A program made the position numbers and the translations under genes. A stretch of DNA of 64,000 nucleotides from positions 1 through 64,000 of the forward strand of contig JANOAV010000044.1 in NCBI GenBank assembly GCA_031411295.1, read 5' to 3'. Below, in pieces: positions 29,607 to 37,814 of this stretch. Positions within the stretch are counted from its first letter, which is position 1, and each line of letters opens with the position of its first letter. Under the pieces are notes generated by a model. It did not search any database, was not told the origin of the DNA, and saw nothing but the letters and a program-made list of their open reading frames with translations. This DNA is from Verrucomicrobiales bacterium. GTDB lineage: Bacteria > Verrucomicrobiota > Verrucomicrobiia > Verrucomicrobiales > V1-33.

Positions 29607-31147
29607 GCGATTCCGTCCGTGAACGTCCGTTGCGCTTTTGGCTCTCGCTTAGCCCGGTGTTGTTGTGTTTCGCACTAGCCATTTGGCAAATGCGGTATGA
29701 TTGGACGTATGATGAGACTTACAATTACGGCTGGGTGGTTACACCGCTCATGGCCTACCTGTTCTCGGTGAGATGGCGGGATCGGCCTGCTCCCCGGCCC
29801 CTCCCTCTGGCCCAGCGGGGCCTCTGGGCTTGGGTGACGATTGCGCTCCTGCTGCCCATGATCTGGCTTATCCGAGAGGCGAATCCAGAGTGGCGCCTGG
29901 TAGGCCTGGGCTTGGCCATGCTGGCCATGGCGGCATCTTTCTGCTGGATTCGAGAACTGGGTGGCCCCATCTGGATGCGGCATTTTGCTGGCGCCATACT
30001 TTTCTTTGCAGTTAGTGTGCCTTGGCCCAGCCAACTGGAGCGGACGACGGCTGATTTTCTAATGCCGGTCAATGCCTCGGCGGCATTGGAAGTGTTGCAG
30101 TTGCTGGGGGTTCCCGCCACGCGCGCTGGAAATTTGATTCAATTGCCGGGCGGTGGTATTCTGGGGGTCGAAGAAGCCTGCAGTGGGGTGCGCTCGCTCC
30201 AAGCCACCTTGATGATGGCTTTGTTTCTTGGTGAATTGCATCGCCTGCGCTGGTTGCATCGGGGTGCGTTGTTGTTGATCGGCGTGGTCGTGGCCTTGAT
30301 CACTAATGCCAGCCGCACCATTTGGCTCAGCACCATCGGAGCCAAAGCCGGGCTGAGCGCCACGCATCAGTGGCATGACCGGGCGGGCTTGATTGTGCTG
30401 GGCATCAATTCCGGCCTGCTCCTGCTGCTAGCCACCGTGCTGGAGAAGAAATTTCCCCGTCGCTCCGCACCTGCGCCCGCGCTGGAGGCACTGCGCGGAT
30501 TCGCGCGTCGCTATACCCACGGACCGGCTTGGTGTCTGGCGGCCGGACTCTTGATGTTTCCCGTAACGGCTTATTGGTATGGTCGCAATGAGTTGAAGAA
30601 CCCGGAGACTTGGACGCTCACTCCGCCTCAGGAAGCTCCCGGCTATGCCGTCTCCTATATCAATGATCTCACCACAAAAATGCTGCGCTATACCAAAGGC
30701 TGGTCCGCCAAGTGGCAGACCGACAACCAACGGCCGCTGCATGGTTTCTACCTCGAGTGGGAAAAAGGAAAATCGCCCCCGGATAACATGAACGTCCACA
30801 CCCCTGGCGGTTGTTTGATCAATCTGGGGATTGAACAAATGGAGGAGTATCCGCCGATGGTGCTCAACGTAAAGGGGCATGACATGCCGATCCGGTTTCT
30901 CCGCTTCCGGGACCGCAACCGTCCCCTCTTCCTGGCTTATTTCGTAGCCGAAAACAAAGTGCTGGGGGAAGCCGCTGATGTGGGCTCCTTCGATTTTTCC
31001 TACTGGAAACGCTTGCGCTCCGTAGTCGCAGGCCGCCGCAATCCCGGCCAGCGTTTAATCGAAATCGGCCTCTGGGATGAAGTCGATAAGGACACGGCCT
31101 GGAAGCATATTGCCGAATACTTAACGAAACATCTACAGTGGGAGTAG
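29603..31147 (+). CDS. Exosortase/archaeosortase-family protein fused to an EpsI-like C-terminal domain
   Basis: Multi-TM protein; catalytic-type motifs VEEACSGVRSL (Cys), NASR (Arg), WHDRAG (His); C-terminal HTPGGCL. Confidence 0.85.
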   Translation: MSDSVRERPLRFWLSLSPVLLCFALAIWQMRYDWTYDETYNYGWVVTPLMAYLFSVRWRDRPAPRPLPLAQRGLWAWVTIALLLPMIWLIREANPEWRLVGLGLAMLAMAASFCWIRELGGPIWMRHFAGAILFFAVSVPWPSQLERTTADFLMPVNASAALEVLQLLGVPATRAGNLIQLPGGGILGVEEACSGVRSLQATLMMALFLGELHRLRWLHRGALLLIGVVVALITNASRTIWLSTIGAKAGLSATHQWHDRAGLIVLGINSGLLLLLATVLEKKFPRRSAPAPALEALRGFARRYTHGPAWCLAAGLLMFPVTAYWYGRNELKNPETWTLTPPQEAPGYAVSYINDLTTKMLRYTKGWSAKWQTDNQRPLHGFYLEWEKGKSPPDNMNVHTPGGCLINLGIEQMEEYPPMVLNVKGHDMPIRFLRFRDRNRPLFLAYFVAENKVLGEAADVGSFDFSYWKRLRSVVAGRRNPGQRLIEIGLWDEVDKDTAWKHIAEYLTKHLQWE

Positions 31148-31166
31148 GTGAGTTGGCGAATACCAT

Positions 31167-32435
31167 TTAGTCACCAGTGATTCCGAGCACGCTCGCCAAC
31201 CGCTGCATGCCCGCAGTTTCGCTTTCGCGGATGAATTCATTGGCCTGCGCCAGGGTGCGGACTCTGGCTTCAGGGTTTTCTTTGATTTTGAGCAGGGCCT
31301 CTGCCAGTTGGATGGCATTGACTTGATCCAGTTCAAAGAACCAATCCCGCAGGCCCAGATCCCGCCACATCTGACCTTGCGTGGCGTCCGTGGGCGGTCG
31401 CAGATGGATGGCTGGCGTGCCCACGGTTTGCGCCACCACTGCGGAGAGCAGTTCCATGGTTAGCACCCACTGGGCGCGTGCGAAAACGCCCGCCGCTTCG
31501 TCTGGCAACCACGCTTCCTCCCGCACCACGCAGCGGCTGCGAAGCGTTTTGGGAAACTTGTCTGAAAGCAACTCCTGACCCAATGCCACTTCATAGGGCA
31601 TCTCCGCAGCACAAAGTAATTTGACGTTAGGATGCGCTGCGAGATACTTGACGATTGCTTCCCGCAACAACGAGAGATCCTCCTCCCGGCAACGTCGGTT
31701 CATCTGCTCCTGGGCGATCTCAGCATACTTGGGCGGCCTGTTAAATATTTCCCAATACGGGGTGAAGCGCAATTTAGGCACCACGCAGATGAATTCCCCG
31801 GCCTTCAGATCGTGCGCCTCCAGCCAAGCCGCCGCGGTCTTGTCATCCCGCAGATCTAATGCCAGGGCGGCATCCGGCACGAAGGAAATCCGGCCGACAC
31901 TAATTCCCTGACGGACGGCCAGAGCCCTGGAAGCACCATCCCGCAGGAAAACGAAGGACGCCGCCTCCAGCATTCCTTTCAGCTTGGTGTCCACTTCATC
32001 CAGCGTCACTCCATAAATACCGAACGGCTTGCGAGCGTGGCGCTGCCAGGCTTCGATATGCTCACGTGCTATCACATGGGTGGCTGGACCATGGAGGAAG
32101 AAATCACCTTCCTCCCATGCCTCCTTGAGGTCCGGTTGATCCGGCTTGCCATCCCGACCGATAGTCCCCGTGATAAATTTCACCTTGGGAAACCGCTTCC
32201 TCAGCCACGGTTCCGCGCCATGAGCCAGCGAGGTGGCCCACACGGTTAATTTTGCGGAAGGCACCTCCCGCTGCAGCAGTTTCAACAAACCAGCCACTTG
32301 TGCCACCTCACCCATGCTGAAGGACTGCCAGCACGCCCGCACCAACAGCCTCGGAGCACGCCTGCCCCTGGCCAGGCCTGCCTGAAGCAGCGGGACCCAA
32401 ACCAAGCCGTGGAGGCATTTGCGACGCGAAATCAT
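31167..32435 (-). CDS. Polysaccharide pyruvyl transferase-family protein with Tat-like leader
   Basis: MISRRKCL leader; WQSFSMGE (NxGD-like), FLRDGAS, VPDAALALDL; PVC-type 'KGQMWRDIGL'-like QGQMWRDLGL. Confidence 0.75.
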   Translation of the reverse strand: MISRRKCLHGLVWVPLLQAGLARGRRAPRLLVRACWQSFSMGEVAQVAGLLKLLQREVPSAKLTVWATSLAHGAEPWLRKRFPKVKFITGTIGRDGKPDQPDLKEAWEEGDFFLHGPATHVIAREHIEAWQRHARKPFGIYGVTLDEVDTKLKGMLEAASFVFLRDGASRALAVRQGISVGRISFVPDAALALDLRDDKTAAAWLEAHDLKAGEFICVVPKLRFTPYWEIFNRPPKYAEIAQEQMNRRCREEDLSLLREAIVKYLAAHPNVKLLCAAEMPYEVALGQELLSDKFPKTLRSRCVVREEAWLPDEAAGVFARAQWVLTMELLSAVVAQTVGTPAIHLRPPTDATQGQMWRDLGLRDWFFELDQVNAIQLAEALLKIKENPEARVRTLAQANEFIRESETAGMQRLASVLGITGD

Positions 32436-32914
32436 CCTAGCAACTCACCGCAAGTGTCAGGACTGTCAAATCCCTAAAGTTTAAAAAATAACGGAAAACC
32501 TGTTGTAAATTTGCAAAAATGAAGCTAATCTTGATTATCAAGCTATCTTAATTAAAATATTCTCTCCAACTTCCGTCAAGCCATGCCTCCACAAGCCGTT
32601 TTTAACCGTCGTCCTGCCTCTTGGATCAAAGCTGAGATGGGTGAAAACACTTGGAACGGGGAAATCTTATCAATCTATCCCAAGCCACTGAGTTACGCTT
32701 CCTTGGCCATCGGCTTGGAGGCTCAGCAGCCGGATCCTTGGTATTCCGGTGGACATCGCGTCATGTCAATGTTGGCTACTTTGGCGGTGATTGCCATCGG
32801 GTGGGCGTTGTCTGCGTGGTCGCATAATGGCCATGGCAGCACCGGGGCCAGTGGCAGTCTTCTGGGCGTGTTGATGCGTTAAATAAATGTCCTAAGGGAT
32901 TCCCGATACAATTT

Positions 32915-32937
32915 GGGAGTGAGAGCGCTCCCGCTAC
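32915..32937 (-). repeat. Single GTAG-headed REP-like hairpin
   Basis: The minus strand reads GTAG-CGGGAGCGCTCTCACTCCC. Confidence 0.5.
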
Positions 32938-33085
32938 GCTGCGTTAAATGCCCGCTAACCTTCCCGTTGGGAGGACGTAACATGCGCGAGTAATTACCAT
33001 GAAAATTATTTTCAGCTTTTTTACCCCTATGGATTTCAATGAATGAAGCCCGGCCTATCCATCAAGCCGCCCGCCCCTCGGCTAT

Positions 33086-34564
33086 TTGGTCTCACAAATC
33101 TACCTCGGGACGCAAGCTTTTACTGGCGAGACTGGCATGGGCCGCTATCCTCACCCTATGGATGGTCAATTCTTAACCTGCACCCGACAAACCGGGCTCA
33201 CTGTTGCTTCCTACCGGATGGACCACGCGGCGGCAGCGGCTAATGGTGCGGTAGCGGTGCCAAGATTAAAGCAAAGCTACGTTTGGGGCTTGGATGTGAG
33301 CGGGACGTATCAGGGCGCGGGTGGAGCGGGTGGCTTGTTGTCCGAGACGGAGTGGAGGCAGGAGATGCAGACGGACCCCAATACCAGCATCGTGACGGAG
33401 GTGACCACTGCGTCCACGTTCATGCCTGCTTATGATGGCAATGGTAATGTGATGGCGTTGGTGGACACGGTGGGTGACATCAGTGCCACTTACGAATACG
33501 ATCCCTTCGGCCGCCCGATCCGCGCCACGGGCTCCATGGCCCAGACTAACCCCTTCCGCTTCAGCACCAAGTTCACCGATGATGAGACCGGCTTGGTGTA
33601 TTACGGCTACCGGTATTACGATGCCGCGCAGGGAAGGTGGCTGGGGCGGGATCCTATCGGAGAGCGCGGGGGACCGAATTTGTTTGGAATGTGTTGGAAC
33701 AATCTAATGCTGTTTATCGACGACACAGGCTTACAAGCAACCATTGCGCCCCCTCGTCAAATTACTCCTAAGCCTTGGCCGCCAGGAGTCAATCCCAGGC
33801 CAGGGTTCGGCCCGGATGGCCCAGGGAGTGGAAGCACACCTGGCAGGCCGCGTCCAAGGCCAGGCTCCGGCAGACCTCGTCCAGGTGGAGGAGGAATCGG
33901 CGGGGCCGCTGACCTGATTGAAAGATATCAAGTGATAAAGATTGTTGAGGAAGACCCGTTAGACCCGATGAATTTACCGCTCCTAGAAATCTATGGTGGA
34001 GCTCCCATCCAGCCCACGCCTGTAGAGCCTGTTGAACCAGTCGAAGAACCTGCGCCGGAACCGGGTAGTGATATCAATAAAACGCTTACAGAGGTTCAGC
34101 GTGAATCAACTAAGGACGGATGCTGTTTGATTTGGTATAACCATCAAAAAGGAGGGTCTACAGTCCACAATGATTACGCGGCCTACGTAAGTGAGTCCAT
34201 GAATAGATTCTTAGGTGGGCCACTCGGGAGCAACCTTCGCTATGAGGTGGTGGTGGTTCCTAAGCTAAAAGATGTAAAGGAGAAGGGGCTGATTCCAACG
34301 CGCTACGATGGAGGAGCGAGATTTCCAGATGCCCAATGGGTCTTCGAAGCTAAGACAGGGCATGGATGGCTGGGAACTGATCCGGATAAGCCTGAGCCTT
34401 GGTGGACATTTCAATACCCCAGGCTCCTCGCCAAATCGAAAGACCAATTGAAGGTGGCAGAATCATGCAAGCTAACATTTTGGATTGCTTTTAAACACGA
34501 TTTCGCTAGGAAAAGCTGGGAGCGATTGGTGGGCGATACGCATGGCAGGGTTTTTCAGCCATGA
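33086..34564 (+). CDS. Orphan (5'-truncated) Rhs core plus C-terminal restriction-endonuclease-fold toxin (Tox-REase-5-like)
   Basis: YVWGLDVSG..QGAGGAGGLL, YDGNGNV, YEYDPFG, FRFSTK..DDETGLVYYGYRYYD...GRWLGRDP; DDTGL cleavage-type motif; C-terminal YDG-x10-FEAK. True start uncertain. Confidence 0.85.
   Translation: MVSQIYLGTQAFTGETGMGRYPHPMDGQFLTCTRQTGLTVASYRMDHAAAAANGAVAVPRLKQSYVWGLDVSGTYQGAGGAGGLLSETEWRQEMQTDPNTSIVTEVTTASTFMPAYDGNGNVMALVDTVGDISATYEYDPFGRPIRATGSMAQTNPFRFSTKFTDDETGLVYYGYRYYDAAQGRWLGRDPIGERGGPNLFGMCWNNLMLFIDDTGLQATIAPPRQITPKPWPPGVNPRPGFGPDGPGSGSTPGRPRPRPGSGRPRPGGGGIGGAADLIERYQVIKIVEEDPLDPMNLPLLEIYGGAPIQPTPVEPVEPVEEPAPEPGSDINKTLTEVQRESTKDGCCLIWYNHQKGGSTVHNDYAAYVSESMNRFLGGPLGSNLRYEVVVVPKLKDVKEKGLIPTRYDGGARFPDAQWVFEAKTGHGWLGTDPDKPEPWWTFQYPRLLAKSKDQLKVAESCKLTFWIAFKHDFARKSWERLVGDTHGRVFQP
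33332..33656 (+). repeat. Rhs core direct repeat (partner about 35693..36017)
   Basis: ggcttgttgtccgagacggagtgg... nearly identical in both modules; differences mostly at third codon positions. Confidence 0.92.
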
Positions 34565-34601
34565 GTCGGGGTATAGCGAAATTACATGCGTATTAAAATA
34601 T

Positions 34602-35252
34602 ATGATAGAAACACGATTTAAGCTTAGTTTGTCCGGCGGAGAGCGTCAGATCAGTTCTTTGCACGGTTCTGAGGACGAGATTGATCGTCTGATATCGGAA
34701 TTCTGTGATCAGAAACCGGTAGGAGCAGTTTGGGCGTTCCATACTCCACGCAAAATGCATTGGGGCGATAGAGGGGGGGGGCCAGAGTTAATTGAGTCAA
34801 ATCCTACTGCATTGCATGAAGCGTGGCGGGTCGAAAATTTCACGGCCACAGATTTCGTTGATTTGATCGATCATTTTAGGATCTACAATGACCCCGAAGA
34901 TGCTGATTTCTTCCCAGATGGATTCTGGGAGAGGATTAGGTCTGAATTCAGAGCAGCTATGCTAAACTTGCTGCATACCCACGATTTACTTGTATTGGTG
35001 TATAGGAGAGCTTTGGGGCTGACAATGGTGCCCAGGAGATTACTAGAGCGGAAGGAGTTTATGAAGGCAGCACTTGCTTGCCATGAAATAACCAAACGCT
35101 TTTTCTGGTCTCCCTATATCCCATCCCCACGTGCGCGGCACATGTTGGACGCGATGATGATCCATCAATTCATCCATATTGGTTTCCTACATACGCCTTA
35201 TTTCAAGGGCTACCGCGGAGATCCGATAAAATGGCATGTGAAAAATGAATAA
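34602..35252 (+). CDS. Putative immunity protein for Rhs toxin 1
   Basis: AT-richer ORF immediately downstream of the toxin; no signal peptide. Assignment is positional. Confidence 0.65.
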   Translation: MIETRFKLSLSGGERQISSLHGSEDEIDRLISEFCDQKPVGAVWAFHTPRKMHWGDRGGGPELIESNPTALHEAWRVENFTATDFVDLIDHFRIYNDPEDADFFPDGFWERIRSEFRAAMLNLLHTHDLLVLVYRRALGLTMVPRRLLERKEFMKAALACHEITKRFFWSPYIPSPRARHMLDAMMIHQFIHIGFLHTPYFKGYRGDPIKWHVKNE

Positions 35253-35268
35253 ATCAGTATAGTGGAGA

Positions 35269-35519
35269 GTGAAGGCAAGAAGGGCCAGTCTTAATACAGA
35301 CTCACGTAGGTTTCAAAGTTGAATCACCCTGATTTCTACAGCCCTCTCGTTTTTGCCCCCCCTCGACACGAGCACTGGACTTGATGGCACCAAGAGTTAC
35401 CTTGGCTAAAGCTTCTGCTGACTCATTTTACAGTGCATCAATGATATCTACTCTCAATCCCGACACGGTTCCAAGGTCCATGCCTAATTGCGGCCCTGGC
35501 GCCCTTTGGTGTTTGGATG
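35269..35519 (+). repeat. About 250-bp inter-module linker, copy 1 (diverged partner 37515..37770)
   Basis: Shared blocks gtgaaggcaaga, gttgaatcacc, tggacttga, caagagttacctt, cttctgctgactcattttaca and cagtgcatcaatga. Confidence 0.85.
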
Positions 35520-36856
35520 AGAGTGGGACGTATCAGGGCGCGGGTGGAACGGCGGCTTTTTGCACGGAGGTGGAAACGCGCTGCTGCGCGTTTCTGAGAG
35601 GGGGAAGCCCAATGACGCGCAGCAGCGCGTCACCACCGCATGATCTGTTGATAATCAAAAGTTTACACCGTGCAAATATCCGCCCCAGCGCGGGCTTGTT
35701 GTCCGAGACGGAGTGGAGGCAGGAGATGCAGACGGACCCCAATACCAGCATCGTGACGGAGGTGACTACCGCGTCCACGTTCCTGCCGGCCTATGATGGC
35801 AATGGTAATGTGATGGCGTTGGTGGACACGGTGGGTGACATCAGTGCCACTTACGAATACGATCCCTTCGGTCGCCCGATCCGCGCCACAGGACCCGCTG
35901 CGCAGACCAACCCCTTCCGCTTCAGCACCAAGTTCACCGATGATGAGACAGGGCTCTGCTATTATGGTTATCGGTATTATGATGCGACGCTAGGACGGTG
36001 GCTAGGGCGAGACCCTCTTCGGGAAAAGGGCGGGCTGAACCTGTATAGTATTTGTCGTAATAATACCACGTCAAAAATCGATAAATTAGGATTGGAAATT
36101 GTTATGGATTGTAATTTCACGGAGCTATTCAAGGAAAAGTTCAAACTCACATTTAAAACTGATTTTACGAACGGTTTGTATCACTATAAGGAGGCAAAGG
36201 ATCCGACTGAGTCGAGAGGGTCATACGCGGAGAAGCACATACAGGCCCTCATAATTGCAAGAATGATGGCTTCGCCAACATCGTTCGCTATAGGTGACAC
36301 CGACAACAAAGAGGAGCTTAAAAATCTCGGTAAACACATCCAAGTAAGGGTTCAAAGCGTGCTTAATTCTATTAACAAGAAGTTCAATTTTGGGCCGTCG
36401 AAAATTGTCCATACTGTAAAGCCCCCCCCAGATGATTTGATTAATCCTGGAGGATACTACAATTCAATTAATAACCCAGACACTTCCTTGGGCTGCTTCG
36501 ACGCTACGACAGCACTTTTTTTTGCGGCGATTGGAAGCCTCCATGATGCGACTCAGAGGAATCACAATGACATTTGGATACCTGGTGATTGGGGTTATAT
36601 CGCAAATTTAAATGCTAAAAAGGGAGCATGGGATCCCGGGCACGAAGGGGAGAATATAATCCACCACGGGATAGGTCAGGATGGGAAGAATGTTTTTTGG
36701 GGGCACTTCAATTCTGCTCTTAGTGTTGGCACCCTGGAGGAGTGGCGTGGCGAGATCAGCAGGTGGGAAAATAAGGTCGGGTTAGCAGGATCTCCAAGCG
36801 TGGATGGGCGGGTCTATTATTACCCAACAACCGGTCTTGAAAAGGCAAAATCATGA
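35441..36856 (+). CDS. Orphan Rhs core plus C-terminal Tgl-like (papain-fold transglutaminase) toxin domain; interrupted in frame by a MITE
   Basis: Rhs core as in module 1; DKLGL; C-terminal GCFDAT...WIPGDWGYIAN...EGENII...FWGH. Start uncertain. Confidence 0.78.
   Translation: MISTLNPDTVPRSMPNCGPGALWCLDESGTYQGAGGTAAFCTEVETRCCAFLRGGSPMTRSSASPPHDLLIIKSLHRANIRPSAGLLSETEWRQEMQTDPNTSIVTEVTTASTFLPAYDGNGNVMALVDTVGDISATYEYDPFGRPIRATGPAAQTNPFRFSTKFTDDETGLCYYGYRYYDATLGRWLGRDPLREKGGLNLYSICRNNTTSKIDKLGLEIVMDCNFTELFKEKFKLTFKTDFTNGLYHYKEAKDPTESRGSYAEKHIQALIIARMMASPTSFAIGDTDNKEELKNLGKHIQVRVQSVLNSINKKFNFGPSKIVHTVKPPPDDLINPGGYYNSINNPDTSLGCFDATTALFFAAIGSLHDATQRNHNDIWIPGDWGYIANLNAKKGAWDPGHEGENIIHHGIGQDGKNVFWGHFNSALSVGTLEEWRGEISRWENKVGLAGSPSVDGRVYYYPTTGLEKAKS
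35551..35684. mobile_element. 134-bp MITE-like element with 17-bp terminal inverted repeats, carrying an internal REP pair
   Basis: ggcggctttttgcacgg ... ccgtgcaaatatccgcc (15/17); internal ggtggaaacgcgctgctgcgcgt ... acgcgcagcagcgcgtcaccacc; absent from the paralogous Rhs copy at about 33325. Confidence 0.7.
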
Positions 36857-37509
36857 AATCACAACGCAATCGCTTAGTTTTGCTTGCTCTAGCGTGTGTG
36901 TTAGCTTGTATTTATTTTAAAATAAATTTTTGCAGGCCTTTTCCAAGCCCGTCAAATGGAATAAGTCCAATTTTGCGGATCGATATCTATATGTCTGGAA
37001 AAGGCGAGGATGCATTCGTTGTAAAAGCCGACCATCGTGTTATTGAGCTAGGTATTGATGAAGTCCGTTCATTACTAAACGACCGGATTCGTGCCGCTGA
37101 TTATATGGTTATATTGTTAACAAAATCCCTACTCTGTTCGCGTGCGCGATTAATAGCAAAACAACTTGGTGAGCTTCGAACTTCATTCAATGGAAAATGC
37201 TTCTACGTTGATGTGGGAGCGCTGGACAACAATGAAAGGGCAGCTTTCGTGGCCATCAAGGAGTCTGCGCAATCAAAGAACCTGCAGTATTTGGTAGGAG
37301 GAGAATCATTTTCTGATCTCGATACATTGGGCTCATATTTGGATTCTCATCAAATTACGCATTTGGCTTTATCAACTGAACCACAATCAGAATTAATATC
37401 GTTCATTCACCTAAAAGGGTATACGGTTATCAAATCTATACAAAGTGCCGACATTGATATTAAACATTACCCTGTCGAGACTAATGCGACAAATCCATTC
37501 GCGGACTGA
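36853..37509 (+). CDS. Putative exported/membrane-anchored immunity protein for Rhs toxin 2
   Basis: ATGA overlap with the toxin stop; N-terminal hydrophobic LVLLALACVLACIYF; very AT-rich. Confidence 0.65.
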   Translation: MKSQRNRLVLLALACVLACIYFKINFCRPFPSPSNGISPILRIDIYMSGKGEDAFVVKADHRVIELGIDEVRSLLNDRIRAADYMVILLTKSLLCSRARLIAKQLGELRTSFNGKCFYVDVGALDNNERAAFVAIKESAQSKNLQYLVGGESFSDLDTLGSYLDSHQITHLALSTEPQSELISFIHLKGYTVIKSIQSADIDIKHYPVETNATNPFAD

Positions 37510-37514
37510 CTGCT

Positions 37515-37770
37515 GTGAAGGCAAGACGGTCCGGTCTTAGTAAACACTCAAGAGGGATCGAGGTTGAATCACCGTAATTTCTATATCCCCCTCATTTTGA
37601 GCCTCTCTACATGAGCGTTGGACTTGACGGCGGCAAGAGTTACCTTTGGCCAAAACTTCTGCTGACTCATTTTACATTTTACAGTGCATCAATGACATCT
37701 ACCCTCGATCCCTACACCGTTCCAACGGCCAGGCCTAGTTGCATCCGTGCCGTCCCCTGGGGTTTGATGG
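37515..37770 (+). repeat. Inter-module linker, copy 2, ending in a decayed Rhs 'WGL' stub
   Basis: Diverged copy of 35269..35519; translates FYSASMTSTLDP.TVP...PWGLM versus FYSASMISTLNP.TVP...LWCLD. Confidence 0.8.
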
Positions 37771-37814
37771 ACGAAAGAGCTACCCAAGTGGCGGAGTCCT
37801 TCCGCCATCCTACT

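Noticed and set aside
32583..32882. 99-aa ORF at the left edge of the Rhs island
   Set aside because: No recognisable motifs; could be a gene fragment, but I cannot support a call.
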